Shown: positions 11,213-23,716, counted from the whole stretch's first letter. The stretch: 60,885 nt of DNA, filler included, from Malassezia furfur (GCA_052055015.1; 11 parts of 11 records of this genome joined end to end with filler, not necessarily neighbours in it), one strand, 5' to 3'. Translations and numbers: made by a program. Notes: generated by a model not told the origin, from the sequence alone.

Positions 11213-12476
11213 ACCGGCACGCGCGCCGCACGCAGGCGCGCCGTACCGCCCCGGCTTCCAGCCCAAAGGCGTCGTCCGCACCCGCCTTGCCGAGTTTGCC
11301 GCCGCGCGCGCACAGCACCGCAGCGCCGTCGAGCTCGAGGAGCAGCGCATGGAGCGCCGCCTCGCGAAACTCGCCGCGATCCACTCCCCGGCGTTCGCCA
11401 AGGCGCCCTCGGCACCACCGGCGCCCGCCTCCGGCCTGTGGGCACGCAGCGCGCACGTCTGGAGCCTGCTGCAATCACCACACGATCTCGAGCGCGCGCG
11501 GCTCGCACAGCGGAGGCGCGCCGCCGAACAGGCGGTCGTCAAGTGGCAGGACGACGACGAGGCGGCGCAGTGTGCTATCTGTCGCGTGCCCTTTTCGCTG
11601 GCCGTCCGCCGGCACCACTGCCGCCTGTGCGGGCGCGTGGTGTGCTCCTCGCCGCGTCTTCCACACGCGCTGGCCGGCGACGCGGCGCCCGCCGAGTCCC
11701 ACGAGCCGTGCAGCGCGCGGCTCGTCGTCGAGCCGGACACGTATGCGGTGCATCCCCTGCCGCCGCGCCCGCCGCCCGACGCACCCGCAGCCGAGGTGCG
11801 GCACTACGCACAGGCCGAGGACCGCACGATCCGGTTCTGCCGCGACTGCCATGCGGTGCTTTTGCGGATCAGCTACCGCTCCTCGTCGCACGCGCCGCAG
11901 CCGCTTCTCACGCACTACCGCGCGCTGCAGCAGCTCCAGCGCGAGATCAACGAGGCGCTTCCCGAGTTCCACGAGATGCTCCTCGGCCTGCAGAAGAAGG
12001 ACGCCAACGCAACCCTCGCCTCGTCGATGCAGGACAGCCGCACGCTGCAGGCGGACGCCGCACAGGCGCGCAAGGAACTGCTCGTGCGCTTCACGCGCTA
12101 CGACCAGCTCGCACGCAAGCTGCGCACCTTGCCGCCGACCGTCGACCGCCAGCCGTCGGCGGCACAGGAGCGCTTGCAGCTCGCCATCTACACCCGCGCG
12201 ACGCTCTTCTTGCAGAAACACATGTTCCCGCTACAGAGCCTGCCGAACCTCGATGCGCAGCGCACGGAGCGTGCGCAGCCGCCGCCGGCCACCGGCGCAA
12301 CCGAGCCTGCCGCGCCAGACAACGCCCTCGCGGTGCTCGCCGAGCAGGAGGCGCTCCTCAGCGCATACCTCGCCGAGGCCGTCAAGGCGCGCAACCTGGA
12401 CGACGTCCAGACCCTCCGCGCGAACCGCGACGAGGTGCGCGCAGAGATCGCGCGCATGCGCGCACACGCCATGTAG
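11213..12476 (+). CDS. PEP7: FYVE-domain Rab effector (Pep7/Vac1/Rabenosyn-5 family), 5'-truncated
   Basis: WQDD..CAIC..FSLAVRRHHCRLCGRVVC FYVE domain and C-terminal Rab-binding helix (EQEALLSAYLAEAVKARNLDDVQTLRAN). Confidence 0.85.
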
Positions 12477-12515
12477 TATAGCCACAATACGACCCTACGA
12501 ACGAGCCTGGGTATC

Positions 12516-13040
12516 TTAGCCCCGCGACGGCGCCGGGGCGCGCTGCTGCAGCGCGAGAATCTGCGTCAGCGCAACGGCGCACCTACCTCCTCCTTGATCG
12601 CGTCACGGTTCGCACTGAGCGTCGTGATCTGCTTCTCAACACGCTGCCTGCACACAGGGTCAGCACTGCACCGCGCGCATGCGGGGTAGCGGGACGTACA
12701 GCTCGGTCTGGATAAACTCGATGCGCTTCGTCACATTGTCGCTCGCCTCCTGAAAGTCTTGCGGAAGCAGCACAGGGCCCGCGCGCTTGTACACGCGTGT
12801 CTCGGGGCCGGAGCGCACAAACTCCTGCACGACGTGTCAGCACCGCGCACACGACGCGCGACGTACCTGCTGCACCTGCTGGTTCTCCGAGAGCTGCGAA
12901 AGCAGCTGCTGCTGCAGATCCACGACCGTCTCAAACTCTGTGCACGCAGTGTCAGCCTCTGTCCTGCACGTCTCCTACGTACGCGACTGCGCCTCTTGGA
13001 ATTTCGCGATCGCTGGCTTGAGCGCGTCCGTCGGCGTCAT
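12516..13040 (-). CDS. YKE2: Prefoldin subunit 6, five exons
   Basis: Not in the ORF track as a unit. Introns 12938-12982, 12825-12866, 12648-12699 and 12561-12586 give ..QLLSQLSENQQVQQEF..VYKRAGPVLLPQDFQEASDNVTKRIEFIQTEL.. Confidence 0.85.
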
Positions 13041-13602
13041 GCTGGTGCGCGGACCTCGGCGTTCGTCGGCCGCACCGCAGCACCGCAGTCTTAGTCAGCA
13101 GCTGTCAGCGAGGACAGCCAGGGAAGTGCACTACCCTGGAAAATTTTCCGGGGTTGATCGACGCCTCGTTCGGCGTTCGCTTGAGGCGCCACGGCGACAG
13201 CTGACTCAGCCGTTAAACTTCGCCCAAAAGAGGGGATTTGCGTTGATCGCCGCAATTGGCCAGATGCGGGCGATTGTTGCTTCATTTTGCCAGATCAGCC
13301 GGCGTGAAAGGAACGTTCACGACGACCTTTTTTCCTGCGGTAGCGCGGTTTTGGCGCGTTCCGATTGGCCGCGCATTATCCATCTGCGGATCATCGTTTG
13401 TAATCCCACATTGGACTTGTTTCCGGTGATAATCCTAGGGACGTGTCATCTCGCGGATAGATATTACTGGCGGGCTGCCCACGTCTAGTCCGAAATTCGG
13501 GGGCACCCCATTTTCGACAGGCACACTCTTTCGTAGCTTACGTAGATCTTCATTTCCAGGTGGCCTGCAGATGAGGGTCCAGCTCAGAAGATAGCCTTAG
13601 GC

Positions 13603-13610
13603 TATATAAG
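13603..13610 (+). promoter_or_regulatory. TATA box (TATATAAG) upstream of the secreted DPBB gene
   Basis: Canonical motif ~120 nt before ATG 13729, followed by a CT-rich leader. Confidence 0.6.
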
Positions 13611-13728
13611 GAGGACCCTGGTGCGCCATCCTTAATCCAACAACCCCTCCTCTCAAGGCACTCCTCAAGGCACGGCCCTCAAGACCACTTTTCCCTCAAC
13701 ACTTCTCTTCAATACCATCTCTATCACA

Positions 13729-14136
13729 ATGTTCTTCTCTCGTGCTATCCTTCTTGCCGTGGCCGCCGTCGCCTCTGTGTCTGCCGCCCCCGCCCCCAAG
13801 GTCGAGTCGCGTGACGGTGTCAACTCCGGTCGCGCTACCTGGTACTCGGCTGGTGTGAGCGAGGGCAACTGTGGTTGGTGGAGCACCAACGCCGACCACA
13901 TTGTCGCCCTGAACGCGCCTCAGTACGGTAACACCGACGAGGTTAGCGAGCACTGTGGCCGCCTTATCCGCATCACCAACAAGAACAACAACAAGGTTGT
14001 GCACGCCGTCATTGCTGACTCGTGCCCCGAGTGCAACTGGGGCTCGCTGGACCTCAGCAAGGGTCTTTTCTCGGCCCTGACCGACGGTAACCTCGACGAG
14101 GGTGTGTTCCCCATCGACTGGACCTACGTCAACTAA
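13729..14136 (+). CDS. Small secreted RlpA-like/DPBB (expansin/loosenin-like) protein
   Basis: Signal peptide; GRATWY..GNCG..IVALN..CGR.I.I..AVIADSCPEC..GSLDLS..F..L. Confidence 0.9.
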   Translation: MFFSRAILLAVAAVASVSAAPAPKVESRDGVNSGRATWYSAGVSEGNCGWWSTNADHIVALNAPQYGNTDEVSEHCGRLIRITNKNNNKVVHAVIADSCPECNWGSLDLSKGLFSALTDGNLDEGVFPIDWTYVN

Positions 14137-14460
14137 ATTGGTTGATCCGTTGGAAACGCTCTTTCTTTACTGCTATGAAACGTCAAGAGTGGTTAAAAAA
14201 AAAAAGCAAGGGTCACGACTGGTTTCGTTGATCCGTTATGACAGGGTATGAACACATCGGATATGGTATCGTTGTGCATCGCATCCACAAACTTTTTACA
14301 ATTTCGGTTTCTGATCTACTTTTTGCCTCTCTCTTGTGCTGGCGCGCTGAGAAGCATTGTTGAAACGCATTTTTTTAGGGACCCGTTTGCCTGCTAGATA
14401 GGCTACGGCGTTTATACGAGTTATGGTAACTGGGAATTTTGATGAATACAATCTACTAGC

Positions 14461-14489
<29 letters not shown>
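14461..14489. repeat. (TG)n microsatellite
   Basis: About 14 TG units in intergenic DNA. Confidence 0.95.
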
Positions 14490-14492
<3 letters not shown>

Positions 14493-14797
14493 GGTTGTGT
14501 AGTGTTGGTCTCTCTTTGCGGCGCGTGCTGCACGCAGCTGCAGGGTTGTTGCTGCACTTGTGCAGATCCGTCGTGCAGATCTTTGCGGCACGCGCGGTTT
14601 TGGGGTGCGCCCGTCCCTCGGCCGTGCCCCGGTTTGTCAGCCGGTGCCTATTCGGCCGAGCCAGGGCCGCCTCGTGTGGATTGTTTATAGACGTACGTTG
14701 ATTGGCCCAAAATGCGATGGAGGTGCGCCTGTACCGGTTAAGTGGGCGCCGTCGGCGGCCCTGTCTCCGCATCCCCGCGAGTTTCGAGGAAAGCAGG

Positions 14798-16685
14798 ATG
14801 GTCTTGCTGGCTCGACAGTTCGCTCGAATCGCACGCACGTCTGCCTCGCGGCAGCGTGCTAGCGTTGGTAAGCTTGGCGCCGTGCAGGGCCGCGCGCTGC
14901 TGCCCAAGGGCGCGCGCGCCGCGCCGGTGCCCGCCGCGTGGGCGCCGCGGGCACGCGCCTTCCACAGCAACTCGGCGTTGCGCGCCGAGGAGGCGCAGGA
15001 GGAGGACGCCATGCCCGAGGCCGAGGAGCGCGTCGTGGACGAGGTCGATGTGCTCATTGTTGGTGCGGGCCCTGCGGGACTGAGCGCCGCGATCAAAATC
15101 AAGCAGCTCGCCGAGGCCAAGGGCGAGGAGATCCGTGTCGTGGTGCTCGAGAAGGGCGCCGAGGTCGGGAATCATATCCTTTCGGGCGCGGTGATTGAGC
15201 CGCGTGCCCTCAACGAACTCATCCCCGACTGGAAGGAAAAGGGCGCGCCGCTGAACCAGGAGGCGACGCAGGACCAGATGGTGTTCCTCACCGAGAAGGG
15301 CACCATTCCGATGCCGCACCCCCCGCAGATGTCGAACCACGGCAACTATATCGTGTCGCTGTCGCGCGTCACCGCGTGGCTCGGCGAGCAGGCCGAGGAG
15401 GCCGGCGTCGAGATCTACCCCGGCTTTGCCGGCGCGCAGCTCCTCTGGGACACCGCCGAGGACGGCAGCAAGCGCGGCATCAAGGGCGTCGTCACCAACG
15501 AGATCGGTCTCGACAAGCACCGCAAGCCGAAGGACAACTACGAGCAGGGCATGGAGTTCCGTGCGCCGATCACGCTGCTCGCCGAGGGCGCGCACGGCTC
15601 GCTCTCGCAGGAGCTCATCCGCGAGCTGAAGCTGCGCGAGGCGGTCGGTGCGGACCCGCAGACGTACGGCATCGGCGTCAAGGAGGTGTGGCGCGTCAAG
15701 CCCGAGAACCACAAGCCCGGCATGGTGTCGCACACGATGGGCTTCCCGCTGTCGCTCGACACCTACGGCGGCTCGTTCATGTACCACATGGACGACAACA
15801 TGGTGACGCTCGGCCTGGTCGTCGGCCTCGACTACGAGAACCCGTACCTGAGCCCCTTCCAGGAGTTCCAGCGGATGAAGCACCACCCCTTCTTTGCCAA
15901 GGTGCTCGAGGGCGGCGAGTGCCTCGCGTACGGCGCGCGCGCCCTCAACGAGGGCGGCTACCAGTCGATCCCCAAGCTGCACTTCCCCGGCGGCGCGCTG
16001 ATTGGCTGCTCCGCCGGCTTCCTCAACGTGCCCAAGATCAAGGGCACGCACAACGCGATGAAGAGCGGCATGGTCGCCGCCGAGGCGGCGATGGAGGCGC
16101 TCGCGCAGCGCAGCGAGGACAACCTCTACGCGCCGATCGACCTCGAAGCGTACAAGAAGAAGCTCGACGAGAGCTGGGTCATCCCCGAGCTGTACGAGGT
16201 GCGCAACATCCGCCCGAGCTTCCACCCGCTCGGCTTCTGGGGCGGCCTGCTCTACTCGGGCATCGACTCGATGATCCTCAAGGGCCGCACGCCGTGGACC
16301 TTCCACCACACCAAGCCCGACCACGAGTACACCAAGCCGGCGGCGCTGTGCAAGCCCATCGAGTACCCCAAGCCGGACGGCGAGCTGTCGTTTGACATCC
16401 TCACCTCGGTGTCGCGCACGGGCACGAACCACGCCGAGGACCAGCCCGTGCACCTGGTCGTCAAGGGCGGCGACTACAAGGGCCACGTCGAGCGCAACGT
16501 CGGCACGTACGACGGGCCGCTCGGCCGCGTGTGCCCGGCGGCCGTGTACGAGTACGTGGCCAAGGACGACGCGAACGGCGAGGAGGACGCGTGCGGCAAG
16601 AAGCTCGTGATCAACGCACAGAACTGCATCCACTGCAAGACGTGCTCGATCAAGACGCCCGACCAGTCGATCTGCTGGACCGTGC
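14798..16685 (+). CDS. CIR2: Electron transfer flavoprotein-ubiquinone oxidoreductase (ETF-QO), 3'-truncated
   Basis: Arg-rich mitochondrial presequence, DVLIVGAGPAGLSAAI, NVPKIKGTHNAMKSG, CPAAVYE and NCIHCKTC Fe-S motifs. Confidence 0.96.
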
Positions 16686-16785
16686 NNNNNNNNNNNNNNN
16701 NNNNNNNNNNNNNNNNNNNNNNNNNNNNNTTAATTAATTAANNNNNNNNNNNNNNNNNNNNNNNNNNNNNNNNNNNNNNNNNNNN

Positions 16786-19700
16786 TACACCTCGGCGAGC
16801 GAGCGGCACGCGCGCAGCGCATGCGACGGCGACTCGCGCAGGAACTCGACGGCCATGCGCCGCAGCCACTCGCGCCAGTCTTGCGCCGTGGAGATCCGCG
16901 AGGTGTCCCACGCAGCCTTGAGGTGCTGCTGGTTGACGGCCATCTTGGACGCCTCGGCGAGCGGCGCCTCTTCGCTCTTGTCCGCCGACAGCATGCTCGG
17001 CGGGAGCAGGTCGAGCGGCGGCGTCTCGCCCGCAAGGATCTTGGTGATCACCTGCTGGTACCGCGGGTGCACAATGCGCTGCTGCACCGTCGTCTTGTGC
17101 ACCACGGCAATAAAGGTGGCGTACGTGGGGCCCAAAAGCACCGCCAGCGCCGTCAGCGTGTCCATCGCGGGCGTGCGCAGCTCGGTGGCCGGCGACTGCA
17201 GCACACGCAGCAGCGGGTGGATCACGCGCGACACCTGGTCGCCCAGGTTCACCTTGCGCGACAGCTGGCCGACGGTGAGGATCGCCGCGCGGCGCACGGG
17301 CAGCGGCGCGTCGGCGCGCTCGTACAGCGTGACGATCACGGGCAGGACGAGGTGCATGTACTCCTCCAGGTTGGCGCCGAACACGTTGAGCGCCTGCAGC
17401 ATGCGCAGCACCATCGGCTGGCGCTTCGGCGTGACTTCGCCGCCGAGCGTCTGCAGCAGGTTGGGCAGCAGCTGCGGCAGGTACGCCTTGAACTCGCCCT
17501 CGAGCGCGCGCGCCACCGCCTCCATCAGCGCGACGATCGTCAGCTGGATGTTGGCGTTCGGGTCCCAGTCCTCCTGTACGAGCGCAAAGATGTCGCCCAG
17601 GTAGTTGCGCACGTGCTGCTTGATGATCGAAATGAGGATCGCGAGCTGCTGGTAGTAGAACTCGCTCAGCCCCCCGCCACACGTGCGGATCACCTTGAGG
17701 AACACGGGGACGATCTGCGGCAGAAACGCCACGCACTTCAGGCCCTGCGTCTTGAACATGTACATGATCGCCTCGATCGCCGCGTGGTGGTGCGCCGACA
17801 GCGCGGGGTCGTTGAGGATGGTGATCAGCGCCTCGATCGCCACGTTCTGGTAGTACTCGTCCGTGCTCGTGCCGATCATCGTCGCGAGCTCGAACAAATC
17901 CGTCGCGCCGGCGGTGCCGCTCGCGGAGGTCGCCGACACCGTATTCGACTCGAGGCCATTCTCCAGGAGCTTGTGGCGGTACGGATCGAGCGCACCGAGG
18001 ATGCCCAGCACACGGATCGTCTCGCGGCGCACGGGCGGCGCCTGCTCCGTCTTGAGGATCTTGACCATGGAGCCGAGCAGCGTGGGGTACGCCAGGTACG
18101 GGTTCACCACATAGCCGGTGTTGCTCGCGATCCGCCCCAGCGTCTTGAGCGCCGCGTCACGCTTGGCGAGCGACGAGTGCACCGGCACACTCGACAGCTG
18201 CGTCACGGTGAGCGACACCAGCTCGTCGAGGTGCGGCTTGAGCTCCTCGCCGCCGACGCGCGCCAGCTCGCCAAGGCACTCGAGCACGCGCGCCGACACG
18301 CCGGGGTTCGGGTCGTTGGCCTTGGGCAGGAGCACCTCGAGGATGGTCAGCGCGTAGCTCTTCACCAGGCGCTGCGACGCCTTGACCACGCCCGTCAGGA
18401 GCTTGGCGATCTCCTCCTTGTGCCGGCTCGCCGTGGAGTACTCCAGGCCGGTGAGCAGCTGGATGAGCACCTTGCGCAGTGACGGCATGACGTAGGCGGG
18501 GTTGTGCTTCGCGAGGCGGCCGAGGATGCCGATCGCCACCTCGCGCACGGCAAACTCCTCGTCGTTCAGCGCGATAAAGATGGAGCGGATGTACTCGGTC
18601 TGCGCGAGGTGCCGGTCAAAGTGCTCGTCCAGCACACTCAGCACCGTGTACCGCAGCTCCGCGTCGGGGTCGGCGATCGCGACCGTGATGAGCTTGTCGA
18701 GCACGTCGTTGAACACCTCGATCGCGTGCATGCTCGTCTGGTAGCAGATCGGGTCATTGACAAACATGTGCGCACACGTCACCGCCGCCGCCTTGCGTAC
18801 CTCCTTCGACTCGAGCTCGAGGTAGGGCAGCGTCGCATCGCGCACAAACTCGTTCAGGATGTGCCCCGAGAAGTCAAACGACCCAAGCGTCTGCAGCGCA
18901 ACGGTGAGCAGTTCGACACCCTTGGCGTCCGGCGCATTGTTGATCACAAACGGCTGCACCGGCGCCCGCCGCGGGAGCGGCGCACCGAGCGGGCGGTAGG
19001 GCACGCCGATCAGAATGTGCGACAGCATGTGCAGTAGGCGCTCCTGCACGATCGGCAGCAGCGTGGGAATCGCCTGCACGATCTGCTCGAGCGCAGACAC
19101 CAGCGCGGTGCTCAGCCCGCACGCAAACATCATGTCGAGCATGTCGTGCACGTCGCGCTCCACCACGTCGCCCACCGCCGCGACGAGGTGCCCGATGCAA
19201 AAGAAGGTCGGCGCCTCCGGCGGGGCATTCTTCTTGCCCTTCATCTGCAGCGACTCGCGCGCCGCCTGCATGATCGGCTCCACAAACGGCGCCATCTTGG
19301 GGCCCATCGCGGTCGACACCAGGCCGATCGCCTCGAGCGTGTCGCTGTACGCCTCCTTGGTGGACTGGTTGCGCTCGCGCCCGAGCTGCTCAATGAGCGC
19401 ATGCATCACAGGGCCGAGGTACTCGTCGGCAAAGTACTGCGGGTCGTACGCGGCCAGCACCGGGATCAAGTTCGTCACCGTGCGCTTGATCAGCGGGTCG
19501 CGGTGCCGGTGCAGGCGCAGAATCAGCTCGCAGGTGCGGTGCAACCGCGTGCGCATAAACGTCTTGGAATGGCGCAGCAGCTTGAGGATGGCCAAGAGGC
19601 TGCCGTGGATCGTGTCGACCGACGCATCCTTGAGGCCCCGCTCGGCCTCGTCGTAGATCGTCTCGTACGCCTGCGTGCCCATCTGCTTCTCGCGCTTCGA

Positions 19701-20397
19701 GATGATCTGGAAACACGCGCCGAGCGCCTCGGCGGCCGCCTCACGCACCGCGACTTTCGGGTCGCGCAGCGCGACCCAAATATGGTCAATCACGCGCCCG
19801 ACGTAGGCGTGGAACAGGTACGGCACGTTGCGCGCGATCTCTTTGATGATCAGCACCGCCGCATACCGCCCGTTCTCGTTGCGGTCGCCCTGCAGAAAGT
19901 CGAGCGCGCGCAGCACCTCGAACTCGATAAACTGGTCGCCCAGCGAGTGGCCGCCGTGCTTCGACACGCGGCCCAGCACCTTGGCCGCGGCGATCATCAC
20001 CTGCGGGTCATTGCACGGCAGGTTCGGCTTGAGGTATTGGTAGAAGCGGTACAGCCGCGCGCTGTTGTCCTCGCTCTCGAGCCCAATAAAGTTTTCGATC
20101 GCGGTGATGCCCCCGAGCTTGCTCGCGGTCTGCACGCTGTGGGTGAGCTCAATGATGCGACGGTTCAGCTCATTGTTGAACGCCTGGAGCCGCTCGCCCT
20201 TGAGCTCCGAGGTCATGTACGAGGCAAAGCTGCCGAGCTCCTTGCCTGCCTTGGTACGCGTGTCCTTGTCGCTGGGTGAGCCGTCGTGTGACGTACCGGC
20301 TCTTGAGCTCCGTAAAGATCCGCGACAATGTCTCGGACGGCTGCATCGACTGTGATACCACAGACGGTGAGCCCGTGATTGACATGGGGGAGATCAT
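16786..20397 (-). CDS. TOR: TOR kinase, N-terminal HEAT region, 3'-truncated
   Basis: RYAAVLIIKEIARNVP, NPAYVMPSLRK, LGILGALDPYRHK, VNQQHLKAAWD..DWREWLRR..ESPSHALRAC; 25-nt intron 20272-20296; start 20397 or 20385. Confidence 0.95.
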
Positions 20398-20945
20398 CTC
20401 GGTATCCCGCGCGGCTTCCTCGCCGCGTCGCAATCGCCCCCGGGCCGCGCTCGTCGACGGCACTGGCTCGAGCGTACCGCGTAATCCCCGGGCATGTTGC
20501 CGGGCGCCACTAGGCCCCCCACCTGCTCGCTGACAAAGCGGTGCCCGCGTGCCGCGTTCGGGGCCAAGGGGGGCTTTTTGGGTTTTCTTCGCGTGCCGCG
20601 CAGGCTTCGCGTGCGACCATCACCTGGGCGCACCGGGTCGTTTTATGGTAGCCTCCAATCCGTCCAACGCTTCGAACCGTGGGAACGTGTGCTTGTGACG
20701 CACCCTGTGGGCGCGTCGTCAGTGTCAGGCCCCGTGCTGGGCATCCTCCTGTTTATTCATCACACCGTCCGTTGCCATGGACGACTGGCTGAGGGAAATG
20801 CAGGACAGATTGATTGCGGAGCCACATTACACATTACGTCGCCGCTGGACTGTGCTGCGGCGTAAGGTTGGCGCCGCACATCCCCTCCTTGTAGTTGCCG
20901 CTGTAGCGCCCACGCCCCTCCACGTACGCCTCCACTTTCCCCACG

Positions 20946-22249
20946 ATGAGTAGCCCGCTGGTGTTTGCCTCTGAGCTCGCGGGACACACGGGCGACGTGC
21001 GTGCGCTCGCGGCGCACCGCACGCCGGACGGTGTGACCCTGCTGCTCTCCGGCTCGCGCGACCAGACCGCGCGTCTGTGGATCCGGCGCACGGACGGGTC
21101 GTTTGAGAGCGTCGTCATCGACAACAGCGGCAACGGCTTTGTGAACGCCGTGGCGTTCTTTGAGGATATCGATGGGAAGCGTACGTAGACCCGCTGACGT
21201 CCCAGTGTATGCGCTGACAGGCGGCCAGGACGCGCTCATCAACGCGTACCTCGTGTCGATCAGTGGCAACGGCCACGTCAAAGTGTCGAGCACGCCGCGG
21301 TTCACACTCGTGGGCCACGCCGACAATGTGAGCACGATCGGCGTGTACGGCAGCGAGTACATCGTGAGCGGGTCGTGGGACGCGACCGTCAAGGTGTGGA
21401 AGCACTGGGAATGCGTCGAGACCTACACCAAGCACGAGCTGGCGGTGTGGAGTGTGCTGCCGATCGACGCGAACCGCTTCGTGTCGGCGTCCGCGGACAA
21501 GGGCGTGTACTTGTGGGCGATCGAGAAGCCGCGCGAGCTGCTTGCGTCGTACACGGGTGCGACACAGCCCGTGCGGGGCCTCGCGCAACTCTCCGCGTCG
21601 GCGCTGGCGGCGTGCGGCAACGACGCGCAGATCCGCATCTACCCCCTCGACGTCTCGGGCGACGTGCCGCCGCAGGCGAGCATGGGCGGGCACACGAGCT
21701 TTGTGTATGCACTCGCGTCGCTTGGGCCAGACACGCTCGTGAGCAGCGGCGAGGACCACACGCTGCGGGTGTGGCAGCGCGGGGCACTGGCGCAGGTGAT
21801 TACGCTCCCGGCCATCTCGGTGTGGTGCGTGTGTGCGCTGCCGAACGGCGACGTGGCGTGTGGCACGAGCGATGGGCAGGTGCGCATCTTTACGCCGGAT
21901 GCCGCGCAGACGTCGGCGGAGCGCATCGCCGCGTTTGAGGCGTCGGTCGCCGGCCAGGTACTGGCGGCCGCCGAGCTCGACGCCGACGTGCCGAGCGGCG
22001 AGCGCGCGCTGCTCGAGCAGCCGGGCGCGCACGAGGGTGCGACGTGCATCGTGCACGACGGCAGCCGCCGCGAAGTGTACCGCTACAGCACGCACGCCAA
22101 GGCGTGGAAGGCCATCGGGCAGATTACCGAGGCGGCGGGCGCCTCGCAAAAGAAGACGCACAACGGCCAGGCGTACGACTACGTGTTTGACGTGGACGTC
22201 GAGGACGGCGCGCCGCCGCTCAAGCTGCCGTACAACGCGAACGAGAACC
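20946..22249 (+). CDS. DOA1: Doa1/Ufd3 (PLAA) WD40-PFU ubiquitin-binding protein, 3'-truncated
   Basis: WD40 repeats followed by YDYVFDVDVEDGAPPLKLPYN (PFU domain); 25-nt intron 21181-21205. Confidence 0.93.
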
Positions 22250-22349
22250 NNNNNNNNNNNNNNNNNNNNNNNNNNNNNNNNNNNNNNNNNNNNTTAATTA
22301 ATTAANNNNNNNNNNNNNNNNNNNNNNNNNNNNNNNNNNNNNNNNNNNN

Positions 22350-22565
22350 GGGTGCGACGACGACGACTGCGAGCGCGAGTGGTTCCACCTGGGGTGCGTC
22401 GGCCTGTCGAAGCCGCCGCAGGGCACGTGGTACTGCGACGCGTGCCTCGAGCGGCGCACGCAGCAGGCGCGGCAGAAGGCGAAGCGCGGCGGCGCACGGC
22501 CCGTGCGCGCGCCGGCCGCCGAGGTCGTGGGTGCGCCGCGGCGTGTCACGAGTGGACGGCGATAA
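22350..22565 (+). CDS. ING-family PHD finger protein, C-terminal fragment
   Basis: [31 protein letters not shown] read directly; stop 22563-22565. Confidence 0.85.
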   Translation, partial: GCDDDDCEREWFHLGCVGLSKPPQGTWYCDACLERRTQQARQKAKRGGARPVRAPAAEVVGAPRRVTSGRR

Positions 22566-22581
22566 TCCGACGATCTATAGC

Positions 22582-22942
22582 CTACTTCTTCTGGCCGTTG
22601 ATACCGAGCAGCTCGACATCGAACACGAGCGTCGAGTTGGGGGGAATGACTGCGTTAGACAGGGCACGTACCAGGCGGGAAGCCGCGGGGGCCGTAGCCG
22701 TAGTCGGGCGACACGATGAGCTTGGCGCGCTCGCCCAGCGAGAGCTGCGGCACACCCTCGTCCCAGCCGCGGATCACACGGCCGACGCCGATCTTGGTCT
22801 GGAACGGCTGGCCGCGGTCGCGCGACGAGTCAAACTTGTTGCCGTTCTGCAGCGTGCCGACGTAGTGAATGTCGACCGTGTCGCCGGGCTTGGGGAAGTT
22901 CTTGCCGTCGCCGGCCGAGATGCGTTCCACTTCGACACCCAT
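22582..22942 (-). CDS. FPR1: FKBP12 peptidyl-prolyl isomerase
   Basis: [36 protein letters not shown]; a 22-nt intron at 22650-22671 restores [19 protein letters not shown]. Confidence 0.96.
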
Positions 22943-23184
22943 GATGCTTGAGCAGGAGGAAGGACGTGTGGCTTGTGCGCACCCAGCTTAAGAAGCCGCC
23001 GGCGTGGCACCCCACGGGCCGTGACGTGTCACGCTTACCTAAGCATCGCGGCCGGGCGTGCGCGTGCGTGCGCCGCCGATTGGCGGGCGGGTGCATGGAA
23101 CAATCCGTGCGTGGCGCTTGGCGGACGGGCCGACGCCGTGCGCGCTACGGACTATGGAGCAGGCTGGCGGCGCACACGGCGCGT

Positions 23185-23716
23185 TTATCCGTAGTTGAGG
23201 CTGCGTCAGTACCACGGCCGTGCGACGTACCGGAAGATGTCGTTGAACACGTAGAACGAGCCGTTCTCGGGCAGCAGCGTGAACGACTGGCTGAACTTGA
23301 GCGGGTTCTGGCCGTCGTCGACCTGGTGTGAGCGCGCGCACGATGCACCGACGTACCAGCAGCATGCCCGTGACCAGCACGACGAGCGCCTGCCCGTCAC
23401 CGGTCGGCTGGGCGTCGCGCGTGTCGACCTTGTGCTGCACCTTTTGGAAGGGGAGGCTCTGCGGTTAGCGTGGGCCCAGCACGACGCGTACGTACGACGA
23501 GCTTCTCCACAATAGCCTGCGCGCCCTGCGTCTGCGCGCCCTCGAACGTGAGCATGGACTGCGGACGCTGATCGGTCAGTGACGCGACAAAGGACGTACG
23601 TAGAGCGGCGCGAGCTGCGAGCGGTCCGTGTCGAACGTCGAGTAGTAGTAGTCGGTGAACTAGCGCGTGTCAGACTCATGTCGGCGCATACGTACCTGCT
23701 GAGCGACTTGTTCCAT
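23185..23716 (-). CDS. NTF2: Nuclear transport factor 2, six exons
   Basis: Introns 23660-23695, 23568-23599, 23459-23495, 23323-23356 and 23201-23230 give [53 protein letters not shown]. Confidence 0.93.

Noticed and set aside
13041..14797. tRNA, snoRNA or transposon remnants in the longer intergenic stretches (also 23717-24430, 47010-47579)
   Set aside because: No cloverleaf, convincing box motifs, terminal repeats or transposase motifs seen by eye; a covariance-model search would be needed to exclude ncRNAs.
22650..22671. Frameshifts in many genes as pseudogenes or programmed frameshifting
   Set aside because: Every break examined is repaired exactly by a GT..CTNAY..AG segment, so introns are the simpler explanation.
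16786..22942. TOR lying close to FKBP12 as a possible rapamycin-target cluster
   Set aside because: They are on different contigs separated by the artificial linker at 22250-22349.
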